Assembly: GCA_963726745.1 (NCBI GenBank)
Contig: CAVSDR010000006.1
Location: forward strand, 352,001 to 416,000
DNA length: 64,000 nt
Source of the DNA: an uncultured Verrucomicrobiae bacterium
GTDB lineage: Bacteria > Verrucomicrobiota > Verrucomicrobiia > Chthoniobacterales > UBA10450
Direction: 5' to 3'
Part shown: piece by piece, positions 49,173-58,755 of the stretch
Numbering within the stretch: position 1 is the first letter of the stretch
How the letters are laid out: each line of letters begins with the position of its first letter
Translations under genes and position numbers: made by a program
The notes under the pieces: generated by a model
Told to the model about the DNA's origin: nothing
Database searches by the model: none
What the model saw: the letters and a program-made list of their open reading frames with translations, nothing else

Positions 49173-50705
49173 ATGCAAGACACGGGAAGCAATCCGCTGC
49201 GCGAAGGCATCGCCAGCCGGAGCGTGCCCGAGGCTTGCACGGTGGTGATCTTCGGCGCCACCGGCGACCTGACGCACCGGAAGCTTATGCCGGCGCTCTA
49301 CAATCTCGCGGCCGATGGCGAGCTGCCGCCAGACCTCGCGGTCATTGGCGTCGCCCGCCGTCCGAAAACAGACGACGAGTTCCGCGGCGATCTCGAGGCA
49401 GCGGCGAAGAAATTTAGCCGGCAAACTGTGCGCGCGGACCTGTGGAATGCGTTCGCCGGCTCCGTCTTTTATCACCAGAGCGAGTTCCACGACGCCGCCG
49501 GCTACCAGCGTCTCGCGGAGCGCCTGCAAAAGATGGACCAGGAACGCGAGACCGGCGGCAATCGCCTTTTCTATCTCGCGGTCGCGCCCGACCAGTTCGA
49601 GCCGATCTTGAAGAATCTCGCCGCCGCCGGCTTGAACAAGCCGCAAGGCGACGCATGGGCCCGCGTGATCGTGGAGAAACCCTTCGGTGCCGATCTGGAA
49701 TCAGCGCGCAAGCTGAACGCGCTCGTGAGCGCCGCTTTCCCGGAGCAGGACACTTTTCGCATCGATCACTTTCTCGGGAAGGAGACCGCGCAAAACATTC
49801 TCGTGCTGCGTTTCGCGAACGCGATTTTCGAGCCGCTCTGGAACACGCGCTACATCGACCACGTGCAGATCACCGCCGCCGAGACGCTCGGGGTCGAAGG
49901 ACGCGCCGGCTATTACGAAGGCGCCGGCGCCCTGCGCGACATGGTGCAGAATCATCTCCTGCAATTGCTCTGCCTCGTTGGGATGGAGCCGCCGACTGAT
50001 CTGCGGGCCGACAGCGTCCGCGACGAGAAGGTCAAGATCGTCCGCTCGCTCCGCCGCCTAACGAATGAAGCAGTCGCGACCGATGTGGTGCGCGCGCAAT
50101 ACGCTGCCGGCGCAATTGCGGGCCAGGAGGTGCCAGCCTACCGCGCCGAGGAAAAGGTGAGCAAAGATTCAAAGACCGAGACCTTCGTCGCCCTCCGCTT
50201 GCACATCGACAATTGGCGCTGGGCCGATGTCCCGATCTACATGCGCGTGGGCAAGCGGCTGCCAAAATCCGGCACCGAAATCTCAGTCCATTTCAAGGAT
50301 GCGCCCTCGGTTCTCTTCAACAAGGAGGGGGAAGCGCTCGGCCACAATGTGCTGGTTATTCGCATCCAGCCGGACGAGGGCATCTCCCTCCGAATGCAGG
50401 CGAAAGTGCCCGGCAGCAGCTTCCGCATCGAGCCGGTGAAGATGGATTTTCACTACGGAACTTCCTTTGGCAAAGCCAGCCCGGAAGCCTACGAGCGTCT
50501 CCTGCTCGATGCCATGAGCGGCGACGCCACCCTCTTCGCGCGCCGCGACGAAGTCGAGCAAGCCTGGTCTTTCATCGACGGCATTGAGGAAGCCTGGCGC
50601 GAGCCCGAGGGCCCAAAGCTGCATGAGTATCCCGCCGGTTCCTGGGGCCCGGACGCGGCCGACGAACTCCTCGCCCGCGACGGCCGCGCCTGGCGGCGGA
50701 TGTAG
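49173..50705 (+). CDS. zwf: Glucose-6-phosphate 1-dehydrogenase
   Basis: IFGATGDL, EKPFG, RIDHFLGKE, RDMVQNHLLQ. Confidence 0.96.
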   Translation: MQDTGSNPLREGIASRSVPEACTVVIFGATGDLTHRKLMPALYNLAADGELPPDLAVIGVARRPKTDDEFRGDLEAAAKKFSRQTVRADLWNAFAGSVFYHQSEFHDAAGYQRLAERLQKMDQERETGGNRLFYLAVAPDQFEPILKNLAAAGLNKPQGDAWARVIVEKPFGADLESARKLNALVSAAFPEQDTFRIDHFLGKETAQNILVLRFANAIFEPLWNTRYIDHVQITAAETLGVEGRAGYYEGAGALRDMVQNHLLQLLCLVGMEPPTDLRADSVRDEKVKIVRSLRRLTNEAVATDVVRAQYAAGAIAGQEVPAYRAEEKVSKDSKTETFVALRLHIDNWRWADVPIYMRVGKRLPKSGTEISVHFKDAPSVLFNKEGEALGHNVLVIRIQPDEGISLRMQAKVPGSSFRIEPVKMDFHYGTSFGKASPEAYERLLLDAMSGDATLFARRDEVEQAWSFIDGIEEAWREPEGPKLHEYPAGSWGPDAADELLARDGRAWRRM

Positions 50706-50707
50706 CC

Positions 50708-51766
50708 ATGCCTGCCGTGGCCGAGAATTTTTCCACCGGTGTGCCGGTCGAGATCGGCAAGATCGAGCGCGAGCTGAAGAAGCTCTGGGAACAAGGGGGC
50801 GAGCAGATGACGCGCGCTTCGCTGGTCAATCTCGCGGTCTATTCCGAGGCGCCGGACTCGTTAGGCCGCAACACCCAGATCGTGGCGCAGTTGACCGAGG
50901 ACCACGCCTGTCGCGCGATCGTGGTCGCGGCCGATCCGGCGGCGAAAGAGAATCGCGTGGAGGCCTGGATCGCGGCGCATTGTCACGTCAGCCGCGCCGG
51001 GAGCAAGCAGGTCTGCTCGGAGCAAATCTCGTTTCGGCTCAGCGGCACGCAGGCCAGGTTGCTGCCTAATGTTCTCTTCGCGCATCTCGACTCCGACCTG
51101 CCGTTCTATCTCTGGTGGCAGGGCGAATTCCACCAGCCGATGGACCCGCAACTCTGGGCCTGGGTCGACCGCGTGATCTATGACAGCCAGGCCTGGCAGG
51201 ATTTCGAAGTCCAGATGCAGCTGGTCGAGACGGCGCAAAAGGAAGCGAACGAGCGCATCGTCCTGTGCGATTTGAACTGGAACCGGCTGGTCCATGTGCG
51301 CCTGGCGCTGGCGCACTTTTTCGACGGCCCCGCGGCGCAGAATCATCTCGTGAACGTGAGCCGCGTCCAGATCGTCCATGGTGCCGGCTATCGCTCGACC
51401 GGCGTGCTTCTCGCCGGCTGGCTGGCCGCGCAACTGGGCTGGACCCTGATCGAAGCGGCGGACGAAACCACCCTCGGTTTCTCCAATTGTGTCGGTGAAA
51501 GCATTCGCGTCACGCTCGAGGAAAAAGCAGGCGACCCGATCGGCCGCTGCAGCATCTTCTCCGGCGTGGCGGAATTTCGCGTGGTCGATCCCGACGACAG
51601 CGACCTGCTCGAGGCGACCATGCTGGTGGACGGTCGCGAGCGTATGCGCCAGCTCATGCCCGCGGGGCAAGACGAGCCGGTCGCGCTCATGCGCGAGGAA
51701 CTGATGCGAGGCGGGCCGCACCGCGTCTACCTGCGCGCGATCGAGACGGTGCGCGAACTACTTTAG
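50708..51766 (+). CDS. opcA: G6PDH assembly protein OpcA
   Basis: Follows zwf; RASLVNL, CSEQI, DLPFYLWW, DLNWNRL, LLAGWLAAQLGW. Confidence 0.85.
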   Translation: MPAVAENFSTGVPVEIGKIERELKKLWEQGGEQMTRASLVNLAVYSEAPDSLGRNTQIVAQLTEDHACRAIVVAADPAAKENRVEAWIAAHCHVSRAGSKQVCSEQISFRLSGTQARLLPNVLFAHLDSDLPFYLWWQGEFHQPMDPQLWAWVDRVIYDSQAWQDFEVQMQLVETAQKEANERIVLCDLNWNRLVHVRLALAHFFDGPAAQNHLVNVSRVQIVHGAGYRSTGVLLAGWLAAQLGWTLIEAADETTLGFSNCVGESIRVTLEEKAGDPIGRCSIFSGVAEFRVVDPDDSDLLEATMLVDGRERMRQLMPAGQDEPVALMREELMRGGPHRVYLRAIETVRELL

Positions 51767-53214
51767 CCAGCAGGTTCCGCGGCGGCGGGCGCGTAGACCT
51801 GCGGCTCCCGAGCCAGCTCAGGATCCTGCAAACGCGCATCGTACACTTCCGACCAGGTTTGCTGATTCATCGCGCACATCGGGACCGCTTCCCACTGGCC
51901 GTTGCGCTTGACCGCGCCTTTGAAGACGCACGAGTCGAGGCGCGCCTGGATCACCGGATCGGAGTCGGCCCGCGCCACCTGGCTGGCGTCCATGAAGTTG
52001 TGCATCCCCACACCCAGGGTGTGGACTTTCCCCCTAACGAGTGCTGGCAAAATCTCGCGCGGAGCGTTCCGCGCGGTGAAATAGCGCACCATCTGCGCGA
52101 GCACGCGCGCCGCGAGCAGCGGATGCTGAAAGAGAATGCCGGCTAAACGGAAGGGCGGCGTGCCGGCATCGTCGTTCACCAGCGAAAGCCCGCCGATTTT
52201 CTCCAGCACCTCGCCTAACAAGCGGTCAAATTTCACGTCATCCGGGAGCAGCGGGAAGAACTTGCCCGAGGGCCGCGCGATCAGGAGCGAGGCCCAGCTA
52301 TTGCAATCGGGATGGCCAAAGATGGAAACGTCGCGCCGTAGCGGCAGGCCAGTGCCTTCGCAGATTTTCTCCCAGACATCCGCGGAGGTGATCGGCCGCT
52401 GGGAGAAAATCGTGCGCCCGGTATCCGCCTCCGGCTGGAAACTAAGCATGCGCCAGATGTAGCTGCGCTTCGGGTCGGCCAGATACCAGCGGATCACTTC
52501 CGGGACGTCGTCGATATTCCGCCGCGTGACCGTGAAGCTGAGCGCGTATTCGAGAATGCAGCCTGTTTTTTCGCGAATGCTCCAGGCGAGATCGGTGAAC
52601 GCCTGGCGCACCGGATGGAGATCGGCCTCGCATTTGATCCGGCCAATGGGATAGCCATGCCGGCCCGCCTGCGTCATGTCGACATGCACCGAGATTTGCC
52701 GCAGACCGCCTTCGAGCACGAGGCGCTCGAGAAACTCCGGATGCTCGATCAACGTCTGCCCGTGCGTCATCAACATCGGGATCGAGCCGACGGAATACGC
52801 GTAACGCACAATCTCGATCAGCTCCTCGCCGCGGCCCGATTTGTAGTAGGCATCGGCCACGTCGCCGCCGGTGATCTGCAACCCGCCGCCCGGTCCTTGC
52901 AGCCGGCGATTGGCATCGATCTGCTCCTTCACCTGCGCGAGCGACGGGATCGGGATCTCGTTCGCGTTCTTCGGCAGGTAGCAATGCGTGCAATGAAACG
53001 AGCAGTAGCTCGCGCCGAGGGTGAAGCCGCAATGCGTCAGGTGGCGTCCGGAAATCTGGTTCGGCGTGCGCAATTCCAGCGGGAGCGAGTTCCAGCGCTC
53101 GCGCAAAACCCGCGCTTTCTCCTCGTGGATCGGGTGGCGGAAGGCGTGCCAGCGCTCGGCCCAGCGGGAGCGACGCGATTCGTTAGGCGGCAAGTTCTCG
53201 GCGAGGGAAACCAT
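51763..53214 (-). CDS. Radical SAM protein of unknown function
   Basis: CSFHCTHC (CxxxCxxC), LQITGGD, HVDMTQ, C-terminal GHPDC, LDSCVFK, VPMC. Confidence 0.85.
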   Translation of the reverse strand: MVSLAENLPPNESRRSRWAERWHAFRHPIHEEKARVLRERWNSLPLELRTPNQISGRHLTHCGFTLGASYCSFHCTHCYLPKNANEIPIPSLAQVKEQIDANRRLQGPGGGLQITGGDVADAYYKSGRGEELIEIVRYAYSVGSIPMLMTHGQTLIEHPEFLERLVLEGGLRQISVHVDMTQAGRHGYPIGRIKCEADLHPVRQAFTDLAWSIREKTGCILEYALSFTVTRRNIDDVPEVIRWYLADPKRSYIWRMLSFQPEADTGRTIFSQRPITSADVWEKICEGTGLPLRRDVSIFGHPDCNSWASLLIARPSGKFFPLLPDDVKFDRLLGEVLEKIGGLSLVNDDAGTPPFRLAGILFQHPLLAARVLAQMVRYFTARNAPREILPALVRGKVHTLGVGMHNFMDASQVARADSDPVIQARLDSCVFKGAVKRNGQWEAVPMCAMNQQTWSEVYDARLQDPELAREPQVYAPAAAEPAG

Positions 53215-53218
53215 GTTG

Positions 53219-53995
53219 TTACTTCACTTCGTTGAGCGACCAATCGTACTCCTGATAGCCGATTTTCGCGTCCGCCGGGATCGGCGAGGTGCGGCGCTGG
53301 TTGATGAAACCAAGGACGCCTCCCTGTTTCGCAAAGTCGTCTTTGTACCAATCGAAAATCTTCGAGAGCTGCACGCTTTTCCCATCGGCCGCGAGGCGCA
53401 CGCCCCGCTCGGAGTTCACGAAACCGCGCGCGAGCTTCTCGAATTGCGCGTCGAGTTTGTCGCCGCGGAAAGGCTCCGGCTGGAGTGGCGGGCAGGAGCG
53501 GCTGGCGCAGTTGAGCGCGAAGTGCACGTTCGGATCCTGGAACTTCGAGCGGATCGTTTCCTTTTCGAGCGCGTTGAAGCTGGTCTGCTCGCCCGCGACT
53601 TTGATGCGCTTGCTGGTGAAGAAGGTGAAGAGCAGATCCTTCACGCTCTTCGTCGGATATTTTTCCAGAGCCTCGTGCAGGATCCAGGCGTTGTAGGCGT
53701 TCACGTAAAAGGCCAGCTGCTCCTTTGGGTTCATGCCCTTGATCTTCTCCTGCGCGATCCCGTCGACTACGCGCTGCAGCGCCTGCAAGTCGCCCGGGTT
53801 GCTCTTCCACTGCGCGTAGCGCACGCCGCCCGGCGTGGCGTATTTCTCCAGGAGACGTCCGTAGTCCGACACCCACGATGCCTCCGCCGCGTTGGTCGTG
53901 GTCGGCTTGGCGCCCGCGGTCGCCGGCGCCGTGGCCGGGGCAGTCGCGCAGGAGGCGAGCACGACAAAACAGGCCAGCTGAGTGAGCGTCTTCAT
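53219..53995 (-). CDS. DUF547 lipoprotein
   Basis: Lipobox LASC; QLAFYVNAYNA, HFALNCASRSCPPL, LSKIFDWYKDDF, YDWSLN. Confidence 0.88.
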   Translation of the reverse strand: MKTLTQLACFVVLASCATAPATAPATAGAKPTTTNAAEASWVSDYGRLLEKYATPGGVRYAQWKSNPGDLQALQRVVDGIAQEKIKGMNPKEQLAFYVNAYNAWILHEALEKYPTKSVKDLLFTFFTSKRIKVAGEQTSFNALEKETIRSKFQDPNVHFALNCASRSCPPLQPEPFRGDKLDAQFEKLARGFVNSERGVRLAADGKSVQLSKIFDWYKDDFAKQGGVLGFINQRRTSPIPADAKIGYQEYDWSLNEVK

Positions 53996-54085
53996 CGCAG
54001 GCGATTTCGCACCGGAGCGTTCGCGGGGGCAAGAGCAATCTACTGCAGGCATCTGCCGTTGTCCGCACCACGACCGCGCTTGGAT

Positions 54086-55247
54086 TCAACCGCGCGCGAG
54101 GATTTCGGCCAAGGCGGCGACGTTGCGTTCCAGGGAAAACTTCTCCGCGGCCCGTTCCCGGCCAGCCGCCCCGAGCGCGCGGGCCCGCTCGGGATTAGCC
54201 AACAAGCTGGCCAGCGCGTCGGCCAGCGCGGGGGGATTGCGGTCTGGCACCAGCAGGCCGGTCGCGTCTGGCAGGACCATCTCGGGCACGCCCGCGAGCG
54301 GCGTCGAGACTACCGGCAAGCCCGCGGCCATCGCTTCCATGATCACCGTGGGCAGGTTGTCCATCCCGCCGTCTGTTTCCGTGGTGCACGGGAGCGCGAA
54401 GAGATGCGCCGCGGCCAGGCGCTCGGTGATTTCCGCCTGCGAACGCGCGCCGAGGAACTCCACGCCCTCGACGGCCTGCGCCACGAGCGTCTCGCGCAAC
54501 GGACCTTCGCCGATGATCTCGCAGCGAAATTCCACCCCGCGCTCCCGCAGGAGCGCACAGGCCGCGAGCAGGTCGGCAAAACCTTTTTTCTCGATCAACC
54601 GGCCCACCGAGAGGATGCGCGGGATCGTCCCGGAAAAGTCCGCCGACACGAAAGCGTTCCAGCTCCACGCCGTTATAGACTCGGTGAACTTTGCCGGCAC
54701 TTTCCGGGAAGCGTTCCCGCAACTGCCGCGCGGAAAAGTCGCTCACGGTGACGATCGCGCGCGCTGCGGCAAAGATGCGCGCCAGGCTAACGACAAAGTC
54801 TCGCGGCGCGAAAATGTCGTTCGCGTGCGCTGTCAGGCTAAACTCGATCCCGAAAAACTCGTGCAGCCAAAACGCGGTGCGCGCGGCCATGCCGGCAAAG
54901 TGCGCATGGACCCGCGCGAGGCCCGCGCTTTGCATTCGCAAGCCCACGTACGCCGCCTGGTAAAGGCGGAGGAAATCCGGCTGCCGGCCCCAGCTCTTCA
55001 GCGCCTGCCGGACGGCGCGCGGCAGCTCGGCCCGCTGCACTTCCTTTACCAGGACCGCCTCCTCCGGGAGGTACTGCACCCGGGCCAGCACCGCCGGGTC
55101 CCAGGCTTCCGGCGGTTCATCCTTAGGCTGCCGGATCGAGAACACGGAGACCTCGACGCCTTGCCGGAGGAGCTCCGCGACTTCGCGATACGTGAAATTT
55201 TGCCCGAACGACGGGAAGCGTTCGAAAAGGTAAGCCACGCGCAGCAC
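54086..55247 (-). CDS. Glycosyltransferase family 4 (WcaL-like); frameshift near 54650
   Basis: YLFERFP, HAHFA, SLTAHA.DI, YNGV / VGRLIEKKG, DNLPTVIMEAMA.GLPVVST. Confidence 0.9.
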
Positions 55248-55307
55248 GGCCAGACCTTAGCGGAAGATCGCCGCGGGTGAAGCACGCCTCTTGCTCAAGA
55301 GGATACG

Positions 55308-56333
55308 ATGCCGGGCCAGGATTTTTTTGCCTACTGCACGTCGCTCCAGCCGCTGGAACGCCGGCAGCTTGGCCTGCTCTCGAGCGTGCGGCATTTTGCC
55401 GGCACCGAGCCGATCTATCGCGCGGGCGAAAAAAGCGACACCCTCTACATCATCAACCGCGGGATGGTCGAGGTGCTGACAGATGAAGCCGGCTCGGCCC
55501 GGGGCGCGACCTACCTTTCGCGCGGCGATATTTTTGGCGATCTCGAGTTGCTCACGGAGCTCCCGCGGCAGCACGAGGTGCGCGCCTGCGAAGGCGTGAG
55601 CCTGCAGGTCTTCCAACGTCGCGATTTCCCCGAGCTGGAACGCCGCTTGCCCTCGTTCTTTCGCTATCTTTCGCAACAACTCGCGGGCCGGCTCCTGCAG
55701 GCGCGCGACCTCGCGCTCGCGCGGAGCCATTGTCGGGAATTAAGCGGCAGCTTGAGCAATTTCGACCTGGTCACGATCTTCCAGACGATCGCGAATTCCT
55801 CGCAAACCGGCGCGCTCTCGATCCGCGACGAAGCCGGGCGCCTGGCCGCCGCGTTTGCCTTCGAGAAGGGCCAGCCGCTCGGCGGCACCTTCGAGCATCT
55901 CCGGGGGCGGGAAGCCTTCGTCCAGCTGTTCCTCGCCACCGGCCAGCGCGGTTCATTTTCCTTCACCACCGAGGACGAGCTCGCGCAGCGCCCAGCCGTG
56001 GGCGAAGAACTCGGCCTGCCGCTCAACCAGCTCTTGATCGAGGCGCTGCGGGCGCGCGACGAATTTGAGGAGCTGCGTCCAACCCTGGTCGCCCCGGAGG
56101 CGCCGTTGCGGCGCGCCGTGCCGGACCTCGCGCTCACAGACGAACTCGGCCCACTCCGCCCCGTGGCCAAGCGCATCTGGGCGCAGACCGCCAAAGCGCG
56201 GCCGAACTTGCGCGCGCTTTACCACGAAGGCGCTGTCTGCGAATTAAAGATCTTCCGGGCGGTGCAATGGCTCCTGCGCACCGGCCACTTGCAAACCGAA
56301 GCCGCCACGCCCGAACCTGTCTCTGCCCGATGA
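55308..56333 (+). CDS. Cyclic-nucleotide-binding domain + DUF4388-like domain protein
   Basis: IYRAGE..D.LYII.RG.VEV, GDIFGDL; then LSGSLSNFDLVTIFQ.I..S.QTGAL. Confidence 0.8.
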   Translation: MPGQDFFAYCTSLQPLERRQLGLLSSVRHFAGTEPIYRAGEKSDTLYIINRGMVEVLTDEAGSARGATYLSRGDIFGDLELLTELPRQHEVRACEGVSLQVFQRRDFPELERRLPSFFRYLSQQLAGRLLQARDLALARSHCRELSGSLSNFDLVTIFQTIANSSQTGALSIRDEAGRLAAAFAFEKGQPLGGTFEHLRGREAFVQLFLATGQRGSFSFTTEDELAQRPAVGEELGLPLNQLLIEALRARDEFEELRPTLVAPEAPLRRAVPDLALTDELGPLRPVAKRIWAQTAKARPNLRALYHEGAVCELKIFRAVQWLLRTGHLQTEAATPEPVSAR

Positions 56334-56578
56334 AAACTTTTACCCGCCTTCTCCTCCTCGCCGCGCTCCTGCCCTTGAGCAGTTGTTCGCATTTCTCGCA
56401 ATCGAACCGCCAGCAGCGGGCCTACGCGAAGTATGTCCGCAACTCGAGCGTGACCCGGGCGCGCCAGCAGGTGAAATATCGCAAGTCCAAGGCGGTGGTG
56501 CCGCCGGCGGGGCAGCCGAGCGAACGCTCGATCAGCGCCGAGAGCGGACCGCAGGCGATGGGCTCCGACGGGCAGTAG
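56330..56578 (+). CDS. Small basic lipoprotein, hypothetical
   Basis: MKTFTRLLLLAALLPLSSC lipobox; ATG overlaps the upstream stop. Confidence 0.65.
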   Translation: MKTFTRLLLLAALLPLSSCSHFSQSNRQQRAYAKYVRNSSVTRARQQVKYRKSKAVVPPAGQPSERSISAESGPQAMGSDGQ

Positions 56579-56581
56579 CGA

Positions 56582-56971
56582 TTACTCGTTAGGCCGCTCG
56601 ACCGGCGTGGGTCGCCCGTCCTCGCCCAGGGCCACGTAGGTGAAGACCGCGTGCGTGACCAGGATTTGGTCGCCGCTCATGTAGCGCTCGACCCACACTT
56701 CCACCGGGATGCGCATGGAAGTGCGGCCGATTTTTTCCACCCAGGCGTAGCAGGCCACGCGGTCGCCCACCCGCACCGGCTCGAGGAAAGACATCCCGTC
56801 CATCGCCACCGTGACCACGCGGCTGCGCGCGGTCTTGAGCGCGAGGATGCTGCTGCCCAGATCCATTTGCGACATGATCCAGCCGCCAAAAATATCGCCG
56901 CTCGGATTCGTGTCCGCGGGCATCGCGATCGTGCGGATCACGAGCTCGCCCTTTGGCTTCCGGGTTTCCAT
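56582..56971 (-). CDS. Acyl-CoA thioesterase (YciA-like hotdog fold)
   Basis: AMPADTN..GDIFGGWIMSQMD, VVTVA, F..PV.VGD, GRTSM. Confidence 0.92.
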   Translation of the reverse strand: METRKPKGELVIRTIAMPADTNPSGDIFGGWIMSQMDLGSSILALKTARSRVVTVAMDGMSFLEPVRVGDRVACYAWVEKIGRTSMRIPVEVWVERYMSGDQILVTHAVFTYVALGEDGRPTPVERPNE

Positions 56972-57952
56972 CTAGAGAATGAGCATGCAATCGCCGTAGC
57001 TGTAAAAGCGATAGCCCGCGGCGATCGCCTGCGCGTAGGCCTCGAGGATGAAATCGCGCCCGGCAAACGCGCTCACCAGCATGAGCAAGGTCGACTTCGG
57101 CAGGTGGAAATTAGTCAGCAAGCTGTCGGCCCGCTGCACCTGCATGGGCGGGTAGATAAAGATGTCGGTGCTGCCGTCCTGCGGGATGATTTTCCCGTGC
57201 ACGCGCTTTGCCGCCTCGAGCACGCGCACGCTCGTCGTCCCGATCGCCACGATGCGCTCCGCGGCGTTGATCTTCGCCGCTGCCGCTTGGCCGATGGAGA
57301 AGCGCTCCGAGTGCATCGCGTGCTCCTCGATTCGCTCGACTTTCACCGGCTGAAAAGTCCCCTGCCCCACATGCAGGGTGATGAAGGTGTGCGGTAATTT
57401 CGCCAGCATTTCCTCCGTGAAATGCAGCCCCGCGGTCGGCGCCGCGACTGCGCCCGGCACATCCGCGAAGACCGTTTGGTAACGCTCGCGATCTTCCGCA
57501 TCGGCCGCGCGATGCATGTACGGCGGGAGCGGAATCAGCCCGCCCTGGTCGAGCGCGACGTCGCTCGCGAAGTGCACCAGGCGGCTGCCATCCGGCAGGA
57601 TCTCGCGCACGCGCGCCTCGGTTGCGTTCACCAGGCAGGTCGCGCCTACGCGCATCTTCCGGCCGGGCTTGACCAGGCAGCGCCATTCGCCGGGCGCGAG
57701 CTTTTCCAGGAAGAGAAACTCGACCGCGCCGTCATCCGAGAAACGCCGGGCCGCGATCACGCGCGCGTTATTCAAGACCAGCAAATCGCCCGGCTGGAGG
57801 AAGCTCGCGAGCTCGCGGAACTGGCGGTGCTCGATCGTCTGCGTCGCGCGGTGCAGCACCATCATGCGCGAGTCCTCCCGGCGCGGGAGCGGGCGCTGCG
57901 CGATCAAATGCTCGGGCAGGTGGTAATCGTAATCGCTCAGGAGCTGGCTCAT
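56972..57952 (-). CDS. queA: SAM:tRNA ribosyltransferase-isomerase
   Basis: YDY.LP..LIAQ.P, PLPPY, YQTVFA, AAPTAGLHF, TNFHLPKS, YRFYSYGD. Confidence 0.96.
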   Translation of the reverse strand: MSQLLSDYDYHLPEHLIAQRPLPRREDSRMMVLHRATQTIEHRQFRELASFLQPGDLLVLNNARVIAARRFSDDGAVEFLFLEKLAPGEWRCLVKPGRKMRVGATCLVNATEARVREILPDGSRLVHFASDVALDQGGLIPLPPYMHRAADAEDRERYQTVFADVPGAVAAPTAGLHFTEEMLAKLPHTFITLHVGQGTFQPVKVERIEEHAMHSERFSIGQAAAAKINAAERIVAIGTTSVRVLEAAKRVHGKIIPQDGSTDIFIYPPMQVQRADSLLTNFHLPKSTLLMLVSAFAGRDFILEAYAQAIAAGYRFYSYGDCMLIL

Positions 57953-57999
57953 GACATTCTTCGCATTGCGGCGCGCAGGAAAAGCTCACAACATCCGGC

Positions 58000-58755
58000 A
58001 TGGATCAATTCCAATCTGCCCTCGGCCTGGTGCTCGATCGCCTCGAGCAGGTGCGCGCCGGCGGTGGACGCTGGCCGCGCGCCTCGCGCAAGGTGCTGGC
58101 TAATTTTCTCGAAAGCGCGCCGCCGGCCCCCGCGGGCAAAAGCGAGCGGCTCGAAGAAGTGCGCGCGCGCGTGGCCGCCTGCGATCTCTGCGCCCATCTC
58201 GCCAGCAGCCGCACGCAGACGGTTTTCGGCGCGGGCAATCCCGACGCCGAGCTCATGTTCATCGGCGAAGCGCCGGGTGCGGACGAGGACCGGCAAGGCG
58301 AGCCGTTCGTCGGTCGCGCCGGGGAAATGCTCACAAAAATCATCCAGGCGATGGGCTTCCAACGCGAGGAGGTTTACATCGCGAACGTGCTCAAGTCGCG
58401 CCCCGACATGCCCGAAGGCGCGCCGGGAAATCGGCCGCCCACGCCGGAGGAGATGCAGCATTGCCTGCCCTTCCTCATCGAACAGATCCGCATCGTGCAG
58501 CCAAAGGTGTTGGTCGCGCTCGGTGCGACCGCGGTCGAAGGTCTGCTCGGCCAGCGTCACCCGATGCACAGCGTCCGCGGGAAGTGGCAGGCGTTCGAGG
58601 AAACGCCGCTCATGATCACTTTCCACCCGGCCTACCTCCTGCGCAGCCAGTCGTTAGGCGAAAAGCGCAAGCTCTGGGAAGACATGCTCCTCGTCCTGGA
58701 AAAACTCGGCCGCCCAATCACGGAAAAGCAGCGGCGCTTTTTCCTGGAACGTTAA
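58000..58755 (+). CDS. Uracil-DNA glycosylase family 4
   Basis: [32 protein letters not shown]. Confidence 0.92.
   Translation: MDQFQSALGLVLDRLEQVRAGGGRWPRASRKVLANFLESAPPAPAGKSERLEEVRARVAACDLCAHLASSRTQTVFGAGNPDAELMFIGEAPGADEDRQGEPFVGRAGEMLTKIIQAMGFQREEVYIANVLKSRPDMPEGAPGNRPPTPEEMQHCLPFLIEQIRIVQPKVLVALGATAVEGLLGQRHPMHSVRGKWQAFEETPLMITFHPAYLLRSQSLGEKRKLWEDMLLVLEKLGRPITEKQRRFFLER

Noticed and set aside
2203..55247. Pseudogenes or programmed frameshifting in nadE, ispD, nuoG, nuoH, hemC and others
   Set aside because: These are essential genes with fully conserved halves and no common slippery sequence; sequencing indels are more parsimonious.
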